Assembly: GCA_965205655.1 (NCBI GenBank)
Contig: CBDBIJ010000068.1
Coordinates: 1-49,007 of the forward strand
DNA length: 49,007 bases
Direction: 5' to 3'
From: Candidatus Latescibacterota bacterium
GTDB taxonomy: Bacteria > Latescibacterota > UBA2968 > UBA8231
The position numbers and the translations under genes are program-made. The notes below the pieces were generated by a model that saw only the letters and a list, made by a program, of their open reading frames with translations, did no database searches and was not told the origin of the DNA. Shown in pieces: positions 1-9,698 of this stretch. Position 1 is the stretch's first letter; every line of letters begins with the position of its first letter.

Positions 1-192
1 AAGGTGATCGATCGAGAGCCGAACAAGTACGAGGCCTACCGCGAGCTGGCGGCGGCGCTACAGGAAAACGGCGACGTGGCCGCCGCCCTCGACGTCGTGC
101 GCGAATTCCGGGAGCGTGACGCATCGAACGACTCGGCGGCCAAAGATGAGCAGATTCTACTCAACGCGATGAAAAAGGCAGAGGGTAGCTGA
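1..192 (+). CDS. C-terminal fragment of a TPR-containing protein (5' truncated by window edge)
   Basis: TPR-like helix pair 'IDREPNKYEAYRELAAALQENGDVAAALDVVREF'; frame open from the window start to TGA at 190-192. Confidence 0.6.
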   Translation, partial: KVIDREPNKYEAYRELAAALQENGDVAAALDVVREFRERDASNDSAAKDEQILLNAMKKAEGS

Positions 193-231
193 ACTACTCG
201 AGGCTCGGGATCGCGCCGAACATATCGCCAC

Positions 232-1279
232 ATGGATGAGAAACGAATTCTCGCCGCTCGCATGGAGCGCCACGGTTTCGCCCGGCGCGCGCAGACCGAC
301 GGTGAGTTCAGGCGACTCGTGCAGACGTTGCAGCCGCTCGCGCCGGAATACATGTCCATGCCGGGGTCGGCCCCCAGGCTGATGCACCGGACCTCAAACG
401 ACGACGAGGAGATGGCGAACCGGCTGCGCGCGTCGCGCGAATTGGTGAAGGGGAGGTTCGCCGCCGGCAACGTCAGCTACGTGTTGCAGGAGGACCTCGA
501 ACTCTACGCAACCGCGTTCCGAAAACCACTTTCCCGTTTCAACGATGAGCACGATCTGATTCAGCGGACGCTGCAATCTACCGGGCCCGGGCCGCTGTCG
601 ACGCGACAGTTGCGGGAGGAGACGGGCCTGTCGCACAAGAAGATCATGCCCGCCGTGCACCGGCTGCAGCAGGCGTTCCTCCTCTACGAAGATCAGGAGG
701 ATGAAAGCTGGGAGCGGCCGTGGAGCCTGTTCGAGTCCGAGTGGCCGGAGGTGGATCTGGAGCGCATGGACAAGATGGTAGCCGTCGTGGACAGTGATCA
801 CACGATTCCTGCGCTCTCATGTGTTCGCCACGACAGAGCAGATCCGAAACTGGTCACAACTCCGCGAGGCGAAAAAGGCGGTAAGGGAAATGGAGGCGGT
901 AGGGACGCTGGCGAACTGCAAAGCGCCCGGCGTCGCAGGGTGGATGCTTTTGGAGGATGAGTCTCTACCGCGGGCCGAGCCGAAGAGATCTGTCTACATG
1001 ATTCACAAGGCCGACCCAATGGCGCGGCCACACGTGCCGGAGCTGAAGGAGCACTACAAGCAGCGCGACGTGCTGCAGTACCTCCTCATCGACGGCCGCT
1101 TCCGCGGTGCCGTCTGCGGTCACTGGCGGATCAAACCACACGATGTGGAGGATATCGCGCTCGATCTGCCGGAGCGGGAGGTTGCCGATCGACGGGAGGC
1201 GGTCCTTGCCGCCGTGGAAGCGGGCTATCCGCCTCCAGATCGGAGAGTTCTGCGATACAACGGGAGGGAGCTCGTGTAG
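232..1279 (+). CDS. Winged-helix DNA glycosylase AlkZ/YcaQ-like family protein (one +1 frameshift near 790)
   Basis: ORFs 232-960 and 794-1279 join into one protein: 'LQP' motif, 'RELVKGRFAAGNVSYV', wHTH 'GPLSTRQLREETGL', 'ITRFLRSHVFAT', C-terminal 'LLIDGRFRGAVCGHW'; span is 3n+1. Confidence 0.6.
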
Positions 1280-1283
1280 CGAC

Positions 1284-3006
1284 TCAGAAGGAGCGGCCAA
1301 AGCGCACGAGGAACTTCCACTGATCCTCGGCGCCGTCGAGGGGACGCGCCAGCTGGATGCGAAGATCCTGATCAGACTCACCGATGACGAATCCATAGCT
1401 GCGCTTCAACTCGGGTTCGTGGGCGCCCTCGAAGGGGTCACCCCGGTCGTCGGCAAACCAGGCCGATCCGGCATCGAAGAAGACGCCGAGGCCGAGCTCA
1501 TCTACCGGGAGGTCGGGGAGACTGCCGGACCAGTGACGGTCCGCATCGATCCAATACTCGAGATTGATGAGCACCATGCGATCGCCAGTGAACTCTTTGA
1601 AGCCGTAGCCACGAAGAGTCGAGATACCGCCCAGGTCGTATAGATACTGAGCCGGCAGACTTTCCTTGGCGGTACCGGTTCGCAAGCGCACGTCGAGGCG
1701 CGTTCCCGGACTCACCGGCTGATAGCGTCGCAGATCGAGGAGATAGCGCTTGAACGTATGATCGCCATCCATGAAGCCCCCGGCGCGCTCGAGCAAGCCG
1801 TTGATCAACCAGCCCTGCCAGGGGTCGTTGCGACTGTTTCTCGTGTCCAGCTGCAGGTCGAGTCGCGCGCTCGAGACGATGCCCTCGTCCACTTGCGGAT
1901 TGGGGCGAAACTGGTCGCGCGAGAATCGGTTGCCCACCAAGACCCAGCTGACGGCGTTGTCCTGTGACTCAAACTCATCGCGGGAATAGGTGGCGGTCAG
2001 CTGCAGAATGCCGCCTACATTGTGGGCGCTGTAGGCGGTCCAGCCGAAGTGTCGGTAGTAGTCGTAGAAGTCGCGGCGAAACAGGATCGCATCGATCGAG
2101 TTTTCTTCATCGGAGATGAGCCAGCCATCCTGAGAGTCGGAGACATCGTGGATCTCGCCGCCCACGGTGGCCACGTGCGAGAAAGATTCTGAAAGGCCAT
2201 AAAACGTGTAGAGCTCGCCACCGGCCCGGAACTGCCAGTCCTCGGCTCCGAAAGCGTACCCGGCCTCACCGAAGTGCGCGACGCCCGTCCTGGCGCGGTA
2301 GTTGCGCGGCAGCCGCCAGCCAGCGTAAGGTCCCTCCACGCGGTTGTAGCGCAGTTGAAGCTCATCGGGCTCCAGATCGAGACAGTCGGGCCAGTTCGCC
2401 GACCAGTTCTGTTCCCAACCAAGGTAGCGATTGCTGTGCCACGGCGTCGGCTCAACTGGCTCTGGCGGGGCGGCTGGTGCACTGCTGACGGTGATTGGGG
2501 CGACAACCACCGGCTGCACGCTCTCCCACGAGGCTTGCCACATACTGGGGTCCATGGCGAGAGAGCAATTGCGCCGCTTTGTGCCGCACGTAGGTGTCTT
2601 CGCTGTCGAGGGCGATCTGCATGAGCGGCACGAAGTCGCTGGAGGACGCATTTTCCAGCACCTCTGCCGCTTTGTGTCGGACGTGGGGGTCGTCACTCTC
2701 GAGAGCGGCTCTCATTGCCTGGCCCTCGGATGCGAACTTGCCGAGGACATCTGCCGCCTTCTGCCGGACGTGGGGGTCTTCGCTCTCCAGGGCTGCCACC
2801 AGGACCGCGGTCTCACCAGACGTGAGATTCGCCAGCGCCAGAGCTGCCCTGTGCCGCACGTAGATGTCTTCGCTTTTCAGCGCCTGAATGATCAGGTGCT
2901 CGGAGGTGGCGGGCGTTTCTTCAGCGGGGGCCTCTGCCCGGGTAGTGGAGGCGAAGGCTACGATCACACCCAGAAGCAGAGTAATGATCATGCGAAGTCC
3001 ATACAT
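1284..3006 (-). CDS. Secreted protein with N-terminal HEAT repeats and a C-terminal Omp85/BamA-TamA-type beta-barrel (one +1 frameshift near 2560)
   Basis: Signal peptide, four 'AL(E/K/D)S(E/D)D..VR.KAA..L' repeats, Pro-rich linker, barrel with 'LDTRNSRNDPWQG', 'LGGISTLRGY' (VRGF-like motif), 'VFFDAGSAW' and terminal Phe ('FGRSF'); ORFs 2452-3006 and 1284-2696 join; span is 3n+1. Confidence 0.75.
2570..2885 (-). repeat. Four tandem HEAT-like coding repeats of about 30 aa
   Basis: DNA-level similarity: gtgccgcacgtag(a/g)tgtcttcgct at 2581 and 2851; ggacgtgggggtc occurs twice between them. Confidence 0.8.
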
Positions 3007-3140
3007 GGCTCTGTGCCTCCTGAAGGAGGTTGCACGTGTATCATAGTAGGTAGACGGTGCGCGGAGGCAGCATCTGGTATATTCTATATATCTACATACA
3101 GGTCCCTGGCGTCCCTTAACTCTGGCCTGAATTCAGGGCA

Positions 3141-3773
3141 ATGTCAAGAAAAACTGATTCGCGACACTATGCGTCGCGCCGGAAAGAACGGACCATGTCG
3201 TGCGTTGCGGCAGGCGTTCAGTTCGCCGCCGGCGTACTGCTGCTGGCCTTGTGGCCCTCCAAAGCCGTTGGGCAGCTTACACTGTCGGTGGTCGAAAAAG
3301 CTGTAACGTCCAGCTTCGACCTGGCTGAGATCACGAGCCACGAGCTCGAAGCACGGCTGTCCTCGAGCGACTCCTCGCGGTATGTAATCTTCGATTCCCG
3401 GGCTCGCGAGGAGTACGACACAAGTCATCTTCAGTCCGCCATACACGTCGCTCCGGAAGCGAGCAGCGCGCAGTTTCAAAAGGTGCACGGCGCCAAGCTC
3501 GCCGGCAAACACGTCGTCATCTACTGCTCTGTGGGATATCGAAGCTCCACCCTCGCCAAGCGCATTGAGAAGGCGGCCACGGAAGCTGGCGCCAAGTCGG
3601 TGGCCAACCTGCGAGGCGGAATTTTCCGCTGGTACAACGAAAAGAAACCCGTGTTCGACGAGCACGGCGAGACGCACTCGGTCCATCCCTTCGACAACTT
3701 CTGGGGTAAGCTCCTAAAGCAGCGCAGCGTACAAGACTCGGCAGGCGCGGACGCCGATGGCGACGGGGGCTGA
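3141..3773 (+). CDS. Exported rhodanese-like domain protein (start may be ATG 3195)
   Basis: 'FDSRAREEYDTSHLQSA', active-site loop 'VIYCSVGYRS', 'NLRGGIFRW'; N-terminal hydrophobic signal. Confidence 0.85.
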   Translation: MSRKTDSRHYASRRKERTMSCVAAGVQFAAGVLLLALWPSKAVGQLTLSVVEKAVTSSFDLAEITSHELEARLSSSDSSRYVIFDSRAREEYDTSHLQSAIHVAPEASSAQFQKVHGAKLAGKHVVIYCSVGYRSSTLAKRIEKAATEAGAKSVANLRGGIFRWYNEKKPVFDEHGETHSVHPFDNFWGKLLKQRSVQDSAGADADGDGG

Positions 3774-3776
3774 CAG

Positions 3777-4622
3777 ATGTTGAGCGTCCTGTGGGACACG
3801 AGGAACTACTTCTTCTGGCTCACGGTGGTGTCACTGATCTGCTGGCTACTGGAGCGAGTGGTGCCCTGGCGCAGGGAGCAGAAGGCCTTTCGGAAGCAGA
3901 TCTGGCAGGATTTCTTCTGGCTCGCGTTCAACGGGCACTACGCCGGGATCGCCGTGGCCTTCGTCGCGGCCTGGCTAATCGACAGAGCCGTCGCCCTGGG
4001 CGGCTGGCCCTATCCGACGCCGGAATCTGTGGATCTGATCGCAACCCAACCGCTGTGGATACAGTTCATCGTCTTTCTCGTGTTCAAGGATCTTCTCGAG
4101 TACGGCGTTCACAACCTGCTGCACCGGGTGCCGTGGCTGTGGGAGTTTCACAAACTTCACCACTCGATCACCGAGCTCGACTGGATTGGCAACATGCGGT
4201 TCCACTGGATGGAGATCGTCGTCTACAAGGGCCTGACCTATCTTCCGCTCATCATTCTCGGTATCGACGGCGAGGTCATTCTGTGGGTCGCGGTCGTGGG
4301 GACATTCATCGGGCACCTCAACCACTCGAATCTGAATTTCGAGTGGGGGCTGCTGACGAAAATCATCAACTCTCCCCGCTTTCACGTCTGGCATCACGAT
4401 ATCGTCTCGCACGGCAGGGCCGGCCAGAATTTCGGCATCGTGTTCTGTGCCTGGGACTGGCTGTTCGGGACCGCCTATCGTCCCGCGGTGGAGCAGCCGC
4501 GGCAACTGGGTTTCGAAGGAATGGAGCGGTTTCCAGCCAGGCTGGCGTCGCGTCTCATATATCCTTTGAGGAAGCCGAAAACCGCTCCGGGAACCGAAAC
4601 CGCAGCGGGTCCGTCAACATAA
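3777..4622 (+). CDS. Sterol desaturase / fatty acid hydroxylase family membrane protein
   Basis: His boxes HNLLH, HKLHH, HLNH and HVWHH; 'NFGIVFCAWDWLFGT'. Confidence 0.9.
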   Translation: MLSVLWDTRNYFFWLTVVSLICWLLERVVPWRREQKAFRKQIWQDFFWLAFNGHYAGIAVAFVAAWLIDRAVALGGWPYPTPESVDLIATQPLWIQFIVFLVFKDLLEYGVHNLLHRVPWLWEFHKLHHSITELDWIGNMRFHWMEIVVYKGLTYLPLIILGIDGEVILWVAVVGTFIGHLNHSNLNFEWGLLTKIINSPRFHVWHHDIVSHGRAGQNFGIVFCAWDWLFGTAYRPAVEQPRQLGFEGMERFPARLASRLIYPLRKPKTAPGTETAAGPST

Positions 4623-4638
4623 TCACGGGAGGACGCAC

Positions 4639-5079
4639 GTGATGATCGGACCGGTGAATGCGCAATCCGCCGCTGCCCTGCTGGCGAGCGGGGCTCTGTC
4701 GCTCGTGTCCGGCGACGACTGGGCGGAGATGAGGGCGGACTCGCTATCGAGGCACCCTCAAGAGCAGGCCCTGATCTTCTACCTGCTGGCAGACGAACGG
4801 CTGCGCCCCGGACCGCGGGTAGTCACGCATCCCTTGGACGGTATGCCTATCCTCGTACCGGACCTGTCGCAGTACAGCACGCCGAATGTGACTCCGCTCA
4901 AGCTCGATCCGATGCCGAATCTAATCCCACCGAATCTCGGCCCGACCCCGAGAGTCAATCCACCGCTTGACCAGAGTAACCTCTCGGCGGCCGAACAAGT
5001 CCGGAGGATGGAGGCGGCAATCGACAGTCTCACTGCAGCTAACGCCAACCCCGGCAGTCTGCCGCCCAACAGTCGCTAA
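4639..5079 (+). CDS. Hypothetical Pro-rich, possibly exported protein
   Basis: GGGAGG RBS before GTG/ATG; co-oriented 16 bp after the desaturase; no recognised domain. Confidence 0.55.
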   Translation: MMIGPVNAQSAAALLASGALSLVSGDDWAEMRADSLSRHPQEQALIFYLLADERLRPGPRVVTHPLDGMPILVPDLSQYSTPNVTPLKLDPMPNLIPPNLGPTPRVNPPLDQSNLSAAEQVRRMEAAIDSLTAANANPGSLPPNSR

Positions 5080-5085
5080 GCTCGG

Positions 5086-6960
5086 TCAGCCGCGACTCGC
5101 TGGAGGTGTCCGGTCCCAGGCGTGGTCCACGTCCTCGCCGAAGTCGCGGTCGTCTTCACTGAGCAATCGCTCGAGCTCGCTGCTGCGCTCCCGTACCTGC
5201 GCCTCGAAGGCACGCCGGTCTTCCCTGATGTGGAAGAGCTCATCAAGCGTCGTCTGCTCGTGCTTCCTGAACTTCTGCGCCGCCCTGCGAGCCTCATAGC
5301 CTCGGAAACCGACGAGTCTGAGTGCGTCGACGCCCATCTCGAGGGCGCTGTCGAAGGTCTCGCGATACACTGAATCGACGCCGAGATGTTTGAGCTCATA
5401 CATGTGCTCGATGTCGTTGGCGCGGGCGAGAATCTTCAAATTCGGAAAGTTCTGACTCACGAGCTCGACGATCTCGTTGGTATGCTCCGGCTCGTCGATG
5501 GCCAGGATCAGGAACCTGGCCTCGGCGGCGCCGGCGGCGTGAAGCAGGTCGAGGCGACCGGCATCACCGTAGAAGACCTTGTGGCCGAAGCGGCGGATGA
5601 CCTCGATGTGCTCGGGGTCGAGGTCGAGAACGGTGGCGGGCACGCCGTTTGCCCTCAGCAGTCGGCCGACGACATTGCCGAAGCGTCCGAACCCGGCGAT
5701 GATAACGGCGTTCTGCTCATCGACGACATCGGCCTCGCGATCTGCAGTCCGCGTGGCGAAGCGAGGCTGCACGAGCTTGTCGTTGACGATCATAAGGATA
5801 GGCGTCAAGGCCATCGACAGCGCGATGACGGCGACGAGCGGGTTCGCCACCTCGGGAACCAGAACATTATTCTGGGTGGCGAAAGACAACAGGACGAAGG
5901 CGAATTCGCCGCCCTGAGCCAGGGCGAAGGAGAAGATGAAATTCTGCGACGCCGGCAGTTTGAAGAGGCGGCCGAGGAGCATGAGCACGACCAGCTTGAT
6001 CAGGGCGAGGGCAGCGACCATCAGAGAGAGCATGCCCGCCTCCCGACTGACGAATTCGAAGTCCAGACTGGCGCCCACCGACAGGAAGAACAGTCCGAGC
6101 AGGAGCCCTTTGAAGGGCTCGATGTCCGACTCGAGCTCGTGCCGGTATTCGCTGTCAGCCAGAACGACGCCAGCGAGGAATGTTCCGAGTGCCGGCGACA
6201 GGCCAACCTTCTGCATGGCCATGGCAATGCCGATGACGAGGAGGAGGGCCATGGCGGTGAAGGTCTCGCGCAGCCGGGTCGAAGCGATGAACCGAAAAAT
6301 CGGTCGCATCAAGAACCGGCCCCCAACGACGATGGCGGCGATGAGCGCAATCGTAATTATTGCCTGCTGCCAGGCGGGCAGAGCGCCGATCCCCGCAGCA
6401 TGGACGGTGTGATCGGAACCGAGGCCAGCTGCGCCCGAAGTCACCGCGAGAGCCGGCATGATGGCGAGCATGGGAATGACGGCGATGTCCTGAAACAGCA
6501 GCACGGCAAATGAGCTCTCGCCAGCCTGCGTCTTCATGAGACCCTTCTCATTCAGGCTTTGGAGGACGATTGCCGTCGAAGAGAGGGCGAGAATGAGGCC
6601 GACGGCGAGCGCCATCTGCCAGGTCAACCCGAAGGCGAAAGCGATACCTCCAAACGCGACAGTCGTACATCCAACCTGGGCGCCACCGGTGCCGAGAATC
6701 GGACCCCGCAAGCGCCACAATAGCGACGGCTGCAGCTCCAGGCCGACGAGGAAGAGCATCATGACGACGCCAAACTCGGCGAAGTGCATGACGTCCTGAC
6801 CCTCCTCTCCCACGAGACCGAGGAAGTAGGGGCCGATGGCGGCGCCGGCGACGAGGTAGCCGAGCACGGAGCCGAGACCGAGGCGCTTGGCAATGGGGAC
6901 GGAAACGACTGCGGCGGTCAGGTAGACGAACGCCTGAACGAAAAAATCTTCACCATGCAT
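5086..6960 (-). CDS. kefB: Glutathione-regulated K+ efflux antiporter, KefB/KefC family (CPA2 with KTN domain)
   Basis: 'LGLGSVLGYL', 'FAEFGVVMMLFLVGLEL', 'LLFQD', 'SEYRHELESDIEPFKGLLLGLFF', KTN 'IIAGFGRFG'. Confidence 0.93.
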   Translation of the reverse strand: MHGEDFFVQAFVYLTAAVVSVPIAKRLGLGSVLGYLVAGAAIGPYFLGLVGEEGQDVMHFAEFGVVMMLFLVGLELQPSLLWRLRGPILGTGGAQVGCTTVAFGGIAFAFGLTWQMALAVGLILALSSTAIVLQSLNEKGLMKTQAGESSFAVLLFQDIAVIPMLAIMPALAVTSGAAGLGSDHTVHAAGIGALPAWQQAIITIALIAAIVVGGRFLMRPIFRFIASTRLRETFTAMALLLVIGIAMAMQKVGLSPALGTFLAGVVLADSEYRHELESDIEPFKGLLLGLFFLSVGASLDFEFVSREAGMLSLMVAALALIKLVVLMLLGRLFKLPASQNFIFSFALAQGGEFAFVLLSFATQNNVLVPEVANPLVAVIALSMALTPILMIVNDKLVQPRFATRTADREADVVDEQNAVIIAGFGRFGNVVGRLLRANGVPATVLDLDPEHIEVIRRFGHKVFYGDAGRLDLLHAAGAAEARFLILAIDEPEHTNEIVELVSQNFPNLKILARANDIEHMYELKHLGVDSVYRETFDSALEMGVDALRLVGFRGYEARRAAQKFRKHEQTTLDELFHIREDRRAFEAQVRERSSELERLLSEDDRDFGEDVDHAWDRTPPASRG

Positions 6961-7582
6961 GGGGATCGGACTCCAGCGTTGGCAGGGCGTCGTTCAAATA
7001 CGCCTCCGAGTTGAGGTCATCGAGGTTCAGGGTGTCGTCGCGCAGGCCGACAAGCGCATCGCGATAGTCCTCGGCACGCCGGCGCAGCTGCGCATCCTCC
7101 GGACTTTGCAGCATGCCGTGAACGACGAAGGGCGGCAGGTATTCCATATCGCAGAAATGGGCTGTCTGCCTGAAGGGGAGGAGCAGCTCGCGAATGGTGT
7201 GTCGGTTCAATCCCTCACTGTTGTAGGCCTCGGCTCCGCCTCCGGTCGTCATGGCAGTGAGCAGCTTCTTGCCGCGCAACGCCGTGGCACCATCGCCGTA
7301 GGCGAAACCGTGCTCGAGCACGAGGTCCTGCCGCTCCTTGAGTATGGCCGGACAGCTGTACCAGTAGAGCGGATGCTGGAAAACGACGATGTCGTGCCCG
7401 ACGAGAAGCTGCTGCTCGCGCTCCACATCGATGTGGAAGTCGGGGTACTCCTCGTAGAGATCGTGAAAGGTAAGGCCGTCGATACCGCGAACGAGCGCCA
7501 CTAGGTGACGGTTGCCGCGGGATTTTTGATACGCGGGGTGGGCGAAAAGAATGAGAATACGATTGACTGCCATGCTTTTCAT
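6950..7582 (-). CDS. kefG: Kef ancillary NAD(P)H oxidoreductase (flavodoxin-like), KefF/KefG family
   Basis: 'ILILFAHP', 'HDLYEEYPDFHIDV', 'FQHPLYWYSCPA', 'GFAYG'; overlaps the kef transporter start. Confidence 0.9.
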   Translation of the reverse strand: MKSMAVNRILILFAHPAYQKSRGNRHLVALVRGIDGLTFHDLYEEYPDFHIDVEREQQLLVGHDIVVFQHPLYWYSCPAILKERQDLVLEHGFAYGDGATALRGKKLLTAMTTGGGAEAYNSEGLNRHTIRELLLPFRQTAHFCDMEYLPPFVVHGMLQSPEDAQLRRRAEDYRDALVGLRDDTLNLDDLNSEAYLNDALPTLESDPHAW

Positions 7583-7932
7583 GCGCCTCCGCCCTCCACA
7601 TACTCCTTGAGAGCCACGGCGTTGTTGAACTGCTCTTCCTTCGATGCGAAAACGAAGGTGACGGCGCCGCGCCTCGCCCGCTCGGTTATCGCTTGCGTCG
7701 CATCCGACGCTCCCTCGAGCTCGCTGAAGTAGCGCTTCCTGAATTCCTCCCAGCGTGAGGGATCGTGGTCAAACCATTTTCTCAGTTCCGTCGACGGCGC
7801 CACGTCCTTCAACCACAAATCGATGCGCGCGTCTTCCTTCTTGAGACTCCGGGGCCACAGTCGCTCTACGAGGATTCGGCAGCCGTCAGCAGAGGCCGGC
7901 GTCTCATAGGCGCGTTTCAGTTTGATGCGCAT
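7579..7932 (-). CDS. DUF488 / YeaO family protein
   Basis: 'IKLKRAYE', 'DGCRILVERLWPR', 'WLKDVAPSTELRKWFDHDP', 'NNAVAL'. Confidence 0.9.
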   Translation of the reverse strand: MRIKLKRAYETPASADGCRILVERLWPRSLKKEDARIDLWLKDVAPSTELRKWFDHDPSRWEEFRKRYFSELEGASDATQAITERARRGAVTFVFASKEEQFNNAVALKEYVEGGGA

Positions 7933-7948
7933 CGCTCAGGACATCAGT

Positions 7949-8980
7949 TCACGCAGGTAACGGCGTTTCGGAGTGCACGAGCGACTCGCTCTTCAGCTCC
8001 GCCCAGAAATCCGCGGGAATGTCGTGCTGGAAAATCCGTACGTTCGACTCGAGCTCCGGGACGGTGCGGGGGCCGGGGATGACGGCGGCGACAGCGGGAT
8101 GTCCGAAGGGAAACTGCAGGGCTGCCGCCGGCAGCGGGACGTCGTGCCGGGCGCAGACCGCCTCGATGCCGCGCACCTTCTCGAGGATCTCCGGCGGGGC
8201 CGGAGCGTAGTTGTAGTAGGCATCTGCCGTGGCGCCGGTGGCGAGAATGCCCGAGTTGTATGGGCCACCGATGATGATTCTGATTTCTCTCTCTACGCAG
8301 AGCGGCAGGAGCTTCTCGAGCGACTCCTGTTCGAGCAGCGTGTAACGCCCCGCCAACAGGAAGCAGTCGAAGTCCCCCTCGACGGCGAAGTCGGCAAGCA
8401 TCTGCCACTGATTCATGCCCACGCCGACGGCACCGATAACCTTTTGTGATCGAAGCTCGTCGAGAGCCGGATACGCCCCCTCCATCACCTCCAGGAAGTG
8501 ACTGGCGTCGTACGGGTCGGAGCCCGGCTTGAAAAGGGTTGCCGCTTCGTCGGGATCGTGTATGTAGACGATGTCAATCCTGTCCGTCCTCATGCGTTCG
8601 AGGCTGTCGTCGATCGAACGTCGCACGGCATCCTTCGAATAGTCGAACTCCGTCGTCAACGGCGGCGCATCGACGAAGAATTCATCTGGCGGAGCATCCG
8701 GATCTTTTGGGACGAGCGTATAGCCGACTTTGGTCGATATCGCGATCCCGTCCCTGTCAAAGCCGGAGAGTCCGGCGCCGTAACGACTCTCGCTCAGGCC
8801 ATAGCCGTAGAGTGGCGCCGTGTCGAAGTAGCGGATGCCGGCGGTGTGAGCGGCGGCGAGCGCGGCGCTGGCCTCCCGCTCCGGAAGGGGCTCGCGCCAG
8901 TTCCCGAACGGCGCTCCGCCGAAGCCGATCGAGGTCACGCCGAGGTCGTTTCTGCCGATGTGTGCTCTTTCGATTTTCAT
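7949..8980 (-). CDS. Aldo/keto reductase (D-threo-aldose 1-dehydrogenase-like)
   Basis: 'GFGGAPFGN', 'YFDTAPLYGYGLSE', 'STKVG', 'IHDPD', 'LLAGRYTLLEQ'; ATG at 8980 with AGGAG RBS. Confidence 0.9.
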   Translation of the reverse strand: MKIERAHIGRNDLGVTSIGFGGAPFGNWREPLPEREASAALAAAHTAGIRYFDTAPLYGYGLSESRYGAGLSGFDRDGIAISTKVGYTLVPKDPDAPPDEFFVDAPPLTTEFDYSKDAVRRSIDDSLERMRTDRIDIVYIHDPDEAATLFKPGSDPYDASHFLEVMEGAYPALDELRSQKVIGAVGVGMNQWQMLADFAVEGDFDCFLLAGRYTLLEQESLEKLLPLCVEREIRIIIGGPYNSGILATGATADAYYNYAPAPPEILEKVRGIEAVCARHDVPLPAAALQFPFGHPAVAAVIPGPRTVPELESNVRIFQHDIPADFWAELKSESLVHSETPLPA

Positions 8981-9004
8981 CAGAGGGCTCCTGTGCAACG
9001 TACA

Positions 9005-9032
9005 TGGGGGCCGGCACGGACGCCGGCCCCCA
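9005..9032. repeat. GC-rich intergenic hairpin, REP-like
   Basis: TGGGGGCCGGC-acggac-GCCGGCCCCCA, a perfect 11-bp inverted repeat with no U-tract. Confidence 0.55.
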
Positions 9033-9083
9033 CGATATGGTTGCGCGCTGAAGCAGCCAACTATCCCCTCCCGGCCGCCAACG

Positions 9084-9662
9084 CTATGCGGCGCCGGCTA
9101 TCGCTCGCGGCCACAGCCATCCGAAGGTGCCCGCTGTCAGGAGAGCGTAAACGAGGGCGTCGAACAGCTGCTTGATGATGGACGACCACGGGCGGCCGAA
9201 CCAAACCCCGTCCAAGATGCACCCCCATCCATAGGCGAGCCAGGCAGCGGTGCCCGCCAGTCGGAATACGGTGTTAAACTCTGCATTGTCTGAGAGTGAC
9301 CGCCCTGTGAGGTAGGCGACGAGAATTCCGACGACGAGGAAATAGACGAAGGACAGGAACATGCTCTTGCCCATGGCGGGTACGCCGCTGGGAAGAATAG
9401 TCAGGAAGCCAACCGGCCCCTCCTCGAACAGCTTGCGGTGCTCCGGTTCCTTGATCTTGTCCCAGGATTCCATGTGCGGAATGTTGTACTGGCCGGGCGC
9501 GAGATTCTGTGGCAGGAGCGCCTGGCGCGCCGCATTCTCGTCCGGCAGGGCTTTGAAATCTGACTTGTGGTGAGGTAACACCATCCAGATGATGGCGCTG
9601 CCGATCCACACGATGACGGCCGAAGCCAGAATGGCGAGCCAGAGCTCGGGTATGGTGACCAT
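9084..9662 (-). CDS. Hypothetical integral membrane protein (about 4 TM segments)
   Basis: Hydrophobic segments; 'WMVLPHHKSDF', 'PGQYNIPH', 'IWFGRPW'-like motif; AGGAGG-like RBS. Confidence 0.8.
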   Translation of the reverse strand: MVTIPELWLAILASAVIVWIGSAIIWMVLPHHKSDFKALPDENAARQALLPQNLAPGQYNIPHMESWDKIKEPEHRKLFEEGPVGFLTILPSGVPAMGKSMFLSFVYFLVVGILVAYLTGRSLSDNAEFNTVFRLAGTAAWLAYGWGCILDGVWFGRPWSSIIKQLFDALVYALLTAGTFGWLWPRAIAGAA

Positions 9663-9698
9663 GTGAGGCCTCCTCTCTCAACGGGTCAAGCGTAAATT

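Noticed and set aside
2570..2885. Regularly spaced DNA repeats as a possible CRISPR array
   Set aside because: They are degenerate in-frame HEAT coding repeats; there are no identical repeats with unique spacers and no cas genes.
5386..6513. 375-aa plus-strand ORF, and the similar 393-aa ORF at 32114-33295
   Set aside because: Mirror frames of the hydrophobic kef and lptG genes.
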